A stretch of 47,994 nt of DNA, taken from NCBI GenBank assembly GCA_964481225.1, contig CAYZTE010000002.1:1-47994 (forward strand). The letters run 5' to 3'. The notes beneath the pieces are model-generated. The model ran no database searches and was not told the DNA's origin. It saw only the letters and a program-made list of their open reading frames with translations. Each line of letters begins with the position of its first letter. Positions within the stretch are counted from its first letter, which is position 1. Source of the stretch: an uncultured archaeon (GTDB lineage Archaea; Asgardarchaeota; Lokiarchaeia; Sigyniarchaeales; SOKP01). The position numbers and the translations under genes are program-made. Of this stretch, positions 18,231-26,944 are shown one piece after another.

Positions 18231-19519
18231 CAATTAAAGAGAAGAAAGGCATGTTAACAGATGAAAATATTATGATTTTAACAGGAAATCACGCTGCTGC
18301 ACATGCTTTTAGACAAGCAAGAGTAGGCGTTGTTTCTGCTTATCCAATAACACCTCAAAGTCCTGTTGTTGAAAAAATAGCAGAATTTATAGCCGAAGGT
18401 GAATTAAACGCAAGATTCGTTAAAGTAGAATCTGAACATAGTGCGATGGCTGTTTTATGTGCTGCTTCTGCCACCGGATCAAGAGTAGGTACAGCTACTT
18501 CTGCTCATGGTTTAGAACTAATGTATGAAATGTTACCTTGGGCTTCAGGGAATAGATTACCAATCGTACTTAATTTAGCAACTAGAAGCTTAGGAGCTCC
18601 ATGGTCGGTTTGGACTGATCATCAAGATTTTGTAACTATTAGAGATGTAGGATGGATTCAATTGTTTTGTGAAAATAATCAAGAAATCTATGATACAAAC
18701 CTTCAAGCATTTAAAATTGCTGAAGATTCAAGGATTTTCCTACCTGTAGCCTGTGCCTTCGATGGTTACGTGCTTTCACACACTGTAATGCCAGTAAAAT
18801 TAGAAGAGCAAGAGTTAATTGATGAATTTTTGCCGCCTCTTAAACATCACATAAATTTAGCAGACATTTCAACCGTCAAAGGAATAGATCCTGTCACTAC
18901 TCCTCATATTGTCAAACGAGTAGAGGGAACTGCTCCAGGATATTATGAATATCGATATGCTTTACAAAAGGCATTAGAAAATTCAATTGACATAATTAAA
19001 GAAGTTCACGATGAATTTGCTGAAAAATTTGGCAGATTTTATGGAAATGGCGTGTATAAAGCAATTGAAACTGACGATGCTGATACATTAATTTTTAGCA
19101 TGGGATCAGTAGCATCTCAATCACGAGTAGCTATTAAAAAACTAAGAGCTGAAGGACTTAAAGTTGGATTAGTAAGTTTGAAACTATTTAGACCTTATCC
19201 AGCAGAGGAATTAAGAGAATTTTTCAAAGATAAAGAAAATATAATAGTTTTTGATAGAGATATTGGATACGGATATGAAGGTGTTTTGTGTTATGAATTG
19301 AAAGCTGCACTTTATGGGTTAAAAACTAAACCAAATATTAAAGGATTCATCGTTGGGTTAGGTGGAAGAGATGTAAAAACTGAACATATCATATCTGGTA
19401 TCTATAAAGCTTTAGATGATTTTGATAAAGGAATATTTACAAATAAAACGGAATTTTTAGGATTAAAATTGGATGAGTTAAAAAATTATGACGAAGCTAC
19501 TTATTTCAAAGAAGGGTGA
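18227..19519 (+). CDS. porA: 2-oxoacid:ferredoxin oxidoreductase alpha subunit
   Basis: LTGNHAAAHAFRQARVGVVSAYPITPQS...ESEHSAM is typical of the PorA N-terminus. 430 aa. Confidence 0.9.
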   Translation: MTIKEKKGMLTDENIMILTGNHAAAHAFRQARVGVVSAYPITPQSPVVEKIAEFIAEGELNARFVKVESEHSAMAVLCAASATGSRVGTATSAHGLELMYEMLPWASGNRLPIVLNLATRSLGAPWSVWTDHQDFVTIRDVGWIQLFCENNQEIYDTNLQAFKIAEDSRIFLPVACAFDGYVLSHTVMPVKLEEQELIDEFLPPLKHHINLADISTVKGIDPVTTPHIVKRVEGTAPGYYEYRYALQKALENSIDIIKEVHDEFAEKFGRFYGNGVYKAIETDDADTLIFSMGSVASQSRVAIKKLRAEGLKVGLVSLKLFRPYPAEELREFFKDKENIIVFDRDIGYGYEGVLCYELKAALYGLKTKPNIKGFIVGLGGRDVKTEHIISGIYKALDDFDKGIFTNKTEFLGLKLDELKNYDEATYFKEG

Positions 19520-19525
19520 GAACTA

Positions 19526-20425
19526 TTGGTTAATGTAATGGATATTACTGAGGAGGAATATATTTACCCAGGCACACGTGCGTGTGCTGGGTGTGGAATG
19601 GCACTAATTTATAGAATGGCATTAAAAGCTCTAGGTCCAAACACAATTGCAACGGTACCTGCATCTTGTTTGACAGTTCTACATGGAATGCAAGGATTTT
19701 GTACTACTAAGATTTCTGTATATCATACTCCATTTGCAACAACTGGTGCTGCTGCATCGGGAATTCTAGCATCATTAGAGGATAAAGGTTTAGCAGATGA
19801 TATAACTGTCCTTGCTTTTGCGGGAGATGGTGGTACGACTGATATAGGAATACAAGCTCTAAGTGGAGCAGCAGAAAGAGGAACAAACTTTATCTATGCT
19901 TGTTATGATAATGAAGCTTATATGAATACAGGAGTGCAGAGAAGTGGTTCAACACCGTTAGGTGTCCAAACAACTACGACTCCTGAAGGGAAAATGGTTC
20001 ATAAAAAAAATATGCCAAAAATTTTAGAAGCCCATAGAATTCCTTATGTTGCTACCGCTAATGCTGCTTACCCTCTTGATTTATATGAAAAATTCAAAAG
20101 AGCTAAGGGTATAAAGGGATCCAAATACATCCATATTCTCTCGCCTTGCCCACCTGGTTGGGGATATGATCCAAAGGACACAATCTTAATTGGAAGACTG
20201 GCCACCGAGACAGGATTTTGGCCTCTTTATGAGGTTATTAATGGAAAATTTGAAATATCAAAATCAGCTAAAAAATACGTGGATCCATCCAAACGAAAAC
20301 CGATTACAGAGTATTTAATTGCTCAAAAAAGATTTAAATCTATTGGCGATAACATAGTTCAAATTTATCAAGAGTATATTGATGAAATGTGGAAGGAAAT
20401 AAAACAAAGGCTTGAAAGCGAATAA
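19526..20425 (+). CDS. porB: 2-oxoacid:ferredoxin oxidoreductase beta subunit (TPP-binding)
   Basis: CAGCG, TPP motif FAGDGGTTDIG...NEAYMNTG. The start may be the ATG at 19538 rather than the TTG at 19526. Confidence 0.9.
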   Translation: MVNVMDITEEEYIYPGTRACAGCGMALIYRMALKALGPNTIATVPASCLTVLHGMQGFCTTKISVYHTPFATTGAAASGILASLEDKGLADDITVLAFAGDGGTTDIGIQALSGAAERGTNFIYACYDNEAYMNTGVQRSGSTPLGVQTTTTPEGKMVHKKNMPKILEAHRIPYVATANAAYPLDLYEKFKRAKGIKGSKYIHILSPCPPGWGYDPKDTILIGRLATETGFWPLYEVINGKFEISKSAKKYVDPSKRKPITEYLIAQKRFKSIGDNIVQIYQEYIDEMWKEIKQRLESE

Positions 20426-20544
20426 ACGCTGGAGATTTAATAAATTTATATTCAATTAAAAATTGTCTTTTCTAATTCTTTTAAATATTTGTTGTATAGA
20501 AAAAAAAATAAAAATTAATTCAAGTTTAATTATATAGATTATTG

Positions 20545-21327
20545 ATGCTTAGAACATACATATTTAGTGAAACTAAATCTCATTGGATAGAAGAAGAGAA
20601 TCGCTTATTAATGCATGATATTTGTGCTATTTTGGATGAAGAAAGCAAAACAATTTACATATGGAATGGTCCTAAAAGTACAAAAGAAAGATTCAAGAAA
20701 GGTTACAATTTAGTAAACGAGTTAATTTCTAGTTTTCCAGATTCGAATTTTCAATTAATAGTACTAAAAAAAGGTGTTCCTATTAATATTCAAGAAAAAC
20801 TTGATTCAATGCTAAAAGATGCGAAAAAGGAAAAAGATGAAAGTTTAAAATTTAGTAGATTTACAACTATACGTTTTTATTTTGCTCTTTTATTAAGTGC
20901 CGTGATTTTACCCTTAATCTCAATAATAAATTTAAGTTCATCCTTGTTTTGGTCTGGAACCAATGGAAATTATGAAGTAGATAGTAGCACGTTTGAGAAT
21001 TGGATAAAGATTTCAAAAATTCTAATAATTATTACTTTAATTTTATTAATCATTAATGTTGGAATTGGAATAATTGAACTGGAAAATCAAACAATTATAT
21101 TTTCTATAAATGGCGTGATTATCTGTATTGGATTGGTATTGTATTTAAATTATGGGATTTATTTGTTTTTATTTCAAGAAGGATCAACTTTATATAATTA
21201 TTTCATATCAAAGAGAGATATAGTGTTCTTTTTAATCGTAAATTTAGTTGCTATTTCGTTTTTTGAAATTCCAAACATATATAAACTAATATCTTTTTTC
21301 AAAACTTATCGAAAATTCATTTTTTGA
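20545..21327 (+). CDS. Membrane protein: gelsolin-like N-terminal domain plus about 4 predicted TM helices
   Basis: The N-terminal ~95 aa (LLMHDICAILDEESKTIYIWNGPKSTKERFKKGYNLVNEL) resemble a gelsolin repeat. Four long hydrophobic segments follow. The stop overlaps the RIO2 start (TTGA). Confidence 0.55.
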   Translation: MLRTYIFSETKSHWIEEENRLLMHDICAILDEESKTIYIWNGPKSTKERFKKGYNLVNELISSFPDSNFQLIVLKKGVPINIQEKLDSMLKDAKKEKDESLKFSRFTTIRFYFALLLSAVILPLISIINLSSSLFWSGTNGNYEVDSSTFENWIKISKILIIITLILLIINVGIGIIELENQTIIFSINGVIICIGLVLYLNYGIYLFLFQEGSTLYNYFISKRDIVFFLIVNLVAISFFEIPNIYKLISFFKTYRKFIF

Positions 21328-22217
21328 CTGAAGAAAACGTGGAAGTAGCAAATCTTCTCACGAGCCTGGAAAAAGAGGACCTTAGGATTTTAATGGCAAT
21401 TGAAATTGGGATGAAAAGGTCTGAGTATGTTACACTTAGTAATATAAAGTTCTATTCAAGATATAAAATTGAAGAGGTTTTATATCGATTGAAAAAAGTT
21501 CATAAGCTTGATTTAATAATTAGAGATGCCTCTAAATATGAAATAGCATATACTCTTAATTCAAAAGCGTATGACGTACTTGCATTACATACATTAGTGG
21601 AGAAAAACATCATAAGTCAATTAGGGCCTCTAATAGGGAAAGGTAAAGAATCAGATGTATATAGTTGCATGGATGACGATCAAAATATTTTCGCAGCAAA
21701 ATTCTATCGCATTGGCAGAACTAGTTTTAAAAGCATAAAGCGTTTAAGAGATCTTATCGGCGAGAGAGGTCATCTTTCTTGGCTTTATGTAAATAGGCTC
21801 GCTGCAAAAAAAGAATATGAAGCTTTAGAGAGAATTCATAAACTAAATTTGAATACCCCAAAACCAATAGGATATAATAGACATGTTGTAATCATGTCCT
21901 ATTTGAGGGGAAAGGAATTAGTTTACTTCAAAAGCATTAAAAATCCAGTAAAGATTTTTAATAGAATAATTAAACAAATGAAAATAATCTATCATAAAGG
22001 AAATATGATTCATGGCGATTTAGGAGAATTTAATATTGTATTAGATGAGAAAGGAAATTTATTAATAATTGACTGGTTACAATGGGTTCCAAGTGATCAT
22101 CCTAATTCAAAATCTCTTTTAGAAAGGGATATTTCGAATGTTTGTAATTATTTTCAAAAAAAATTTAATGTCGATAGCAATGCTGATGAAATCATAAGGA
22201 CTTTTTATAAAAAGTGA
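21324..22217 (+). CDS. rio2: RIO2-type serine protein kinase (N-terminal wHTH + RIO domain)
   Basis: wHTH LRILMAIEIGMKRSEYVTLSNI, glycine loop IGKGKESDVY, catalytic HGDLGEFNIV, IIDWLQ. TTG start at 21324; an in-frame GTG at 21339 is an alternative. Confidence 0.85.
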   Translation: MTEENVEVANLLTSLEKEDLRILMAIEIGMKRSEYVTLSNIKFYSRYKIEEVLYRLKKVHKLDLIIRDASKYEIAYTLNSKAYDVLALHTLVEKNIISQLGPLIGKGKESDVYSCMDDDQNIFAAKFYRIGRTSFKSIKRLRDLIGERGHLSWLYVNRLAAKKEYEALERIHKLNLNTPKPIGYNRHVVIMSYLRGKELVYFKSIKNPVKIFNRIIKQMKIIYHKGNMIHGDLGEFNIVLDEKGNLLIIDWLQWVPSDHPNSKSLLERDISNVCNYFQKKFNVDSNADEIIRTFYKK

Positions 22218-22228
22218 AAGGAAATTGC

Positions 22229-22840
22229 CTAAACTTTTAATAATTTACCTTGAATTATGATGTCTTCCATGTCTTCTTTACTCATTACTTCAAGATCCTT
22301 CATTTTTTGCTTTAAAAAACTCAGCAATACTTTTAACTTTAATTTTTTTTTTAAAATTGAACATTTAAAATCAGCATTTTTTTTACACACTCTTAATGAT
22401 TCTTCAATTCCTTCATAAATATGCGATAAATTTTGAAAAGCAGTAAGTGAAAAGAGTGAACAAAAACTATTATCCCTAAATGGTAAATTTTCTATATCAG
22501 CTAAAATTAATACTACATTTATGTTATCCATAGGACTTGCAAGTTTAGATTTAAACTCTGACAACATGTTCCAAGAAATATCCACAGCCACATATTTATA
22601 TCGTGTTACTTTTTGTTCGCTTCTAAGGTTTATGATATATTCAAATAATAAGCCTGTACCACAGCCAACATCTAAAATACTATTTCCATTTAGAATGTAT
22701 TTATTTAAAACTATCTCGTATTTTTTTTCTTGGATAGCTCTATACCGTTTATCATAAAAGTAGGATGAAGAGTTGTATTTCTCAATCATACTTTTCTTTT
22801 TATCATTTTTCTTAGAGTGCTCTTGCAATAAGATAACCAT
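22229..22840 (-). CDS. Class I SAM-dependent methyltransferase (possibly Bud23/WBSCR22-like; speculative)
   Basis: Motif I ILDVGCGTGLL, VAVDISWNML, LPFRDNSFCSLFSLTAFQNL. Confidence 0.75.
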   Translation of the reverse strand: MVILLQEHSKKNDKKKSMIEKYNSSSYFYDKRYRAIQEKKYEIVLNKYILNGNSILDVGCGTGLLFEYIINLRSEQKVTRYKYVAVDISWNMLSEFKSKLASPMDNINVVLILADIENLPFRDNSFCSLFSLTAFQNLSHIYEGIEESLRVCKKNADFKCSILKKKLKLKVLLSFLKQKMKDLEVMSKEDMEDIIIQGKLLKV

Positions 22841-22951
22841 ACAAAAATTATCTTGCTATTTTAATGTCGTAAGGTTTTAATTCAAAAAAATCTATCTTTA
22901 AATTATCTTTTTAAAATATATAATTATAATTTTTTTGGGAAAGGTATAAAA

Positions 22952-23215
22952 ATGTCTAGTAAAAATAGCAATCAACAGAGATCTAAAAATCCATTATCCA
23001 TCCTTCAAGCAGCTCAAAACAGTATAATCTTACTTAGGTTAAAAGATGGAACTGAATATAAAGGCTTGTTAAAAGAAATTGATGCCTACATGAATATGAT
23101 TTTAGAGGATGCTACTGAACTTTTAGAAGGCACACCTGTTGCGAAATATAACGAAATTTTTATTCGTGGAAATAATCTTTTATTTATTAAACCAGATGCT
23201 TCTCAAATTACATAA
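22952..23215 (+). CDS. Sm-like (LSm/SmAP) RNA-binding protein
   Basis: Sm1 LLRLKDGTEYKGLLKEIDAYMNMIL and Sm2 IFIRGNNLLFI motifs. Confidence 0.85.
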   Translation: MSSKNSNQQRSKNPLSILQAAQNSIILLRLKDGTEYKGLLKEIDAYMNMILEDATELLEGTPVAKYNEIFIRGNNLLFIKPDASQIT

Positions 23216-23297
23216 GAAGTATATTTTTGTTAACTATCTCTTACATTTAACAGTAGATTTCTTGAAATAGAGAAATATTCATCTGGAATTAGTTTTA

Positions 23298-24200
23298 TTA
23301 TTCTATTAGTTTTGGAATTATTTCGTTATTTCTAATTATTGCATAAGACGCAGGATTTGATGAATAAAATCCTCTATAATTTGCTGAAGAAAATATAGAT
23401 AATAATTGATTATTAAAGAACCATCGATATCCTTCAGGAAAACATTCATGTGCTCTTATGAGATATTTGAGATTATTATATTCCATAAAATCCTCAAAAG
23501 CATCACTGCCAAAGAATTTAATCCCTGGGCCTCTAAAACTGTCGGAAAATCCTTGTAATCCAGATTTAGGGTCGTTCCACATAATTTGATATATACCTTG
23601 TGCGATTGAGTTAATTAGTGCACTGAAATCCTTACACTTTTTTCCTTCTAATTTCTTCAAAATGTCATTATCTTGCGGTATCCCTCCATGTAAACATAAA
23701 ATTGTTTCGTTAATTAATGCACATATCGGAATGACATTATAAAAGCTTAGGATTTCGTTAAATTTACTTTGATCATTGAATCTTAAAATGAAATCTTGAA
23801 AGAAACCGTAGTATTGATTCATTTCTAAAGTTTCATGATTTCCTCTTAATAAATAATATTTTAAAGGGAAAAGAATCTTTAAAGCCAAAACAATTAATAA
23901 ACATTCTAGTTGCTTTGGTCCACGATCGACAATATCTCCTAAAAAAATTACTAATTTAGGGTTGTTATTATTAATGATTTCGATTAGTTTCATTAGGGTC
24001 TCTAAATTTCCATGAATATCCCCTATTACATAAACTTTCTCAACTTTTTTCCTAACGCTAAACTCTAGGAGTAAATTTTCCTCCTCAAAAATGTTTTTAA
24101 CTGTCCTTACTATTTTTGAAATATTTTCAAACTTTAATTTAGAAATTTTTTGTGGTTTACTTATTAAATCATATAAAAATGAATTTTCAATCAAATCCAA
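23298..24200 (-). CDS. PPP-family serine/threonine protein phosphatase (PP1/PP2A-like)
   Basis: GDIHGN, GDIVDRGP, LRGNHE, LHGG, WNDP, IRAHE, FSSANY. TTG start. Confidence 0.85.
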   Translation of the reverse strand: MDLIENSFLYDLISKPQKISKLKFENISKIVRTVKNIFEEENLLLEFSVRKKVEKVYVIGDIHGNLETLMKLIEIINNNNPKLVIFLGDIVDRGPKQLECLLIVLALKILFPLKYYLLRGNHETLEMNQYYGFFQDFILRFNDQSKFNEILSFYNVIPICALINETILCLHGGIPQDNDILKKLEGKKCKDFSALINSIAQGIYQIMWNDPKSGLQGFSDSFRGPGIKFFGSDAFEDFMEYNNLKYLIRAHECFPEGYRWFFNNQLLSIFSSANYRGFYSSNPASYAIIRNNEIIPKLIE

Positions 24201-24310
24201 ACTCGATCTAACTGTTATATTTTAAATACTTTTTAATAGTTCTATTATTTTTATAATAGTTTCTTATATTTTTATAAATAAAGAAATTTAAAATACCTAG
24301 TTAAATTTCA

Positions 24311-26422
24311 ATGAAAGAATCATTAGCTCAGTTATTAACTAATATTGAGAAACATATCGAGAGGTTTGAAAATGAAAAATTTCTTGAAAAAAATGAGAGT
24401 CGTAATCTTGGAATAATTTATACTCCAAATCAAGTTGTAGATTATATCGTATCTAATATTTTTAGAATTTACCTTGAAAAATTTATATATTCTAAAAAAG
24501 CAAATAAAGATGATTTTAATTTAAAAGGAATTTTTCTTTCAATAATAAAAAATCAGAAAGTGAAAGAGAATTTAACTACAACAATTAAAAATATAAGGAT
24601 TTTAGATCCTTCATGTGGCTCTGGGAGATTTTTAATATCTATAGCACAAAAACTATATCAATTTTATCGAATATTAGAGCCAGAATTATCTGATTTTGAT
24701 ATAAAAAAGGTAATAATTCAAAAAAATCTTTTTGGAATTGAAATTGAAACCTCAGCTATTATTATCTCAAAGATGAGATTAATTAAATGGCTTTTATCCA
24801 CAAATATAAACCACTTCACATTTCAAAGTATTAATTTAAAGAGTTTAAAACTAACAGATTTTGACCAAATCATTGAAAACTTAGATTTAAAATTCAACCT
24901 TTTTAATTTAGATTTTCTGTTAGAATTTAGTTCTGATAAATTCGATATTATAATTGGAAATCCACCTTATGTAGAAAATAAAAAGATTAAGGATGTTGAA
25001 TTTAAGAAAAAATTAACTAAGAGATTTAAAACAGCTTATCGTTTATTTGATCTTTCAATACTTTTTATTGAGAGATCTTTAGAATTATTAGAAAATGAAG
25101 GAAATCTCTCATTTATTTTACCTAATAAATTCTTATCTGCGGATTATGGTACTAAAGTCAGAGTATTATTATTAAATGAATCAGAAATTAAAGAAATCAT
25201 AAATATATCGTCTTTACCCATATTTCAAAACGCAGCTACATATCCTATTATTTTATCTTTAAAAAAGGTTAAGCAAAGCGAGGAACATGAGGTAAATATT
25301 AAAATTTTCAATAATATGAATGAGCTAATTGAAAATAATAGAATTAAGACTATAAAATTCTATCAAAATTTAATTAATAAATTTCCTTCCAAAGTAATTC
25401 CGATCTCAGGAAATATTGATTTAATCACATATTTATTTAGTAAATTTAAAACCCTTGCTGAAACCTTTAAAAACTTAAAAATTATATATCGGCCTTTTGG
25501 TTTTTTAAAATATAGGAAACATTTTGATAATATTAGTGATGAACGCCAATCTAATAATGATTTGTTATTAATTGGAACAGGTAACATTGAAAAATATTAT
25601 GTTAAATTTAATAAAAGAATAAAAATTGCGGGGAAAGATATTAAAATTTCATATTTTAATTATCATCCTAATTTTGAGCATATTTGGAGCGATCTTAATA
25701 GCGAAAAATTAATTTTCAGGGAAATCGCAAAAGATTTAACATGTTGTTATGATCCAGGTGTATTTACCAATATAACAGGTCTTTATTTTATAAAAATTGC
25801 TTCGTTCAATACTGATCAATTATTCAGCCTTTTAACAATTTTAAATTCTAAATTATTGGATTCGGTGTTTAAAACATTATTTAGTACATTACATATGGCT
25901 GGTGGTTATCTAAGATTTAATGCTAGTTTTATTAAAAGATTACCCATGCCAAGAAAATTTCCTCTGTTTTTATCTCAATTAGGGAAAATTCTACAGTTAC
26001 TTTCACAGTTAAAATATGATTTTGATTCCTATAAGGTCGAAATTACAAGAAATTATGAGTTATTAAAATTTAATAATAAATATTATAATGAAATTAAAGC
26101 TTATTTAAGCTTTTTCAATAGATTAAGTAATTCTTTAGTGAAATTATTATATTTTGATGATATTTGCCTGAAATATAATTTAAATTATAATATTTTAAGA
26201 GAGTTGTTAGATTCAAAAATTAAACAACAAAAAATCCAATTTAAATATTTTATTCCTCGATTCAATACAGAAAGATACAATATTTATCAATTTAATGAAT
26301 TAGAAGCTATTTTAGCTGAAATAAACGAACTTTATAATATGCTAAACAATAATACAGTTTTATTAAATCAAATAGATGAAATATCAAAAAATTATTTCCC
26401 CAAAAAAGCATTTCTCACTTAG
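24311..26422 (+). CDS. Eco57I/TaqI-type N6-adenine DNA methyltransferase with C-terminal target-recognition region, no nuclease domain
   Basis: GIIYTPNQVVDYIV, motif I ILDPSCGSGRFL, NLFGIEIE, motif IV IIGNPPYV. The methylase motifs begin about 30 aa from the N-terminus. Confidence 0.8.
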   Translation: MKESLAQLLTNIEKHIERFENEKFLEKNESRNLGIIYTPNQVVDYIVSNIFRIYLEKFIYSKKANKDDFNLKGIFLSIIKNQKVKENLTTTIKNIRILDPSCGSGRFLISIAQKLYQFYRILEPELSDFDIKKVIIQKNLFGIEIETSAIIISKMRLIKWLLSTNINHFTFQSINLKSLKLTDFDQIIENLDLKFNLFNLDFLLEFSSDKFDIIIGNPPYVENKKIKDVEFKKKLTKRFKTAYRLFDLSILFIERSLELLENEGNLSFILPNKFLSADYGTKVRVLLLNESEIKEIINISSLPIFQNAATYPIILSLKKVKQSEEHEVNIKIFNNMNELIENNRIKTIKFYQNLINKFPSKVIPISGNIDLITYLFSKFKTLAETFKNLKIIYRPFGFLKYRKHFDNISDERQSNNDLLLIGTGNIEKYYVKFNKRIKIAGKDIKISYFNYHPNFEHIWSDLNSEKLIFREIAKDLTCCYDPGVFTNITGLYFIKIASFNTDQLFSLLTILNSKLLDSVFKTLFSTLHMAGGYLRFNASFIKRLPMPRKFPLFLSQLGKILQLLSQLKYDFDSYKVEITRNYELLKFNNKYYNEIKAYLSFFNRLSNSLVKLLYFDDICLKYNLNYNILRELLDSKIKQQKIQFKYFIPRFNTERYNIYQFNELEAILAEINELYNMLNNNTVLLNQIDEISKNYFPKKAFLT

Positions 26423-26522
26423 TTTTTGTTTAAATAAAATCAAATTAAAATTAAATTCTAACAAAGATTATATACTTAAAACATATATAAGTAAAAATCA
26501 ATTAAAATTGTGAGTGAGAACT

Positions 26523-26843
26523 ATGGCTAAAAAAAAGAGTGTCCCAGGTGAAGAAGAGCAATATGAGATTCCAAGTGGAAAAGTAGATGAAGATGGAGAC
26601 GAATTATTAGATCTATCTGATTGGAAAGATGATTTAGAAGATGATGTAGAGCATAATCTCAATAAAATTAAAGACGATATGTTAGCAGATGAGACGGAGG
26701 ATGAAGAATTTGGTTATGAAATAAACGAAATTGAAGCTTTAATGAGGAAAGTAAAATGCGCACCATGTCCTGGTAGCTCAAGTAAGCGAGATTGTAAAGT
26801 AAGGGATGACTTTGGATGTCCACCAGATAAAGCTAATAAGTGA
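26523..26843 (+). CDS. Hypothetical highly acidic protein with C-terminal Cys cluster
   Basis: D/E-rich ORF ending KCAPCPGSSSKRDCKVRDDFGCPP. The ATG at 26523 is preferred over the GTG at 26514. Confidence 0.45.
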   Translation: MAKKKSVPGEEEQYEIPSGKVDEDGDELLDLSDWKDDLEDDVEHNLNKIKDDMLADETEDEEFGYEINEIEALMRKVKCAPCPGSSSKRDCKVRDDFGCPPDKANK

Positions 26844-26944
26844 ATCAAATCAATATTAATTTGTTTTGGTAAAGTCAGTAATTTTCTTTTCAAATTTATT
26901 TTTTATTTAATGAACACATTTTTATCATCTTTATTATTTATGTT

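Noticed and set aside
26514-26843. Highly acidic protein (…DETEDEEFGYE…) as the substrate of the nearby ATP-grasp/M14 pair, by analogy with acidic tubulin tails
   Set aside because: It is on the opposite strand, with two genes lying between it and the pair (more than 1.4 kb). Its C-terminus is basic and Cys-rich rather than acidic. Nothing beyond composition links them.
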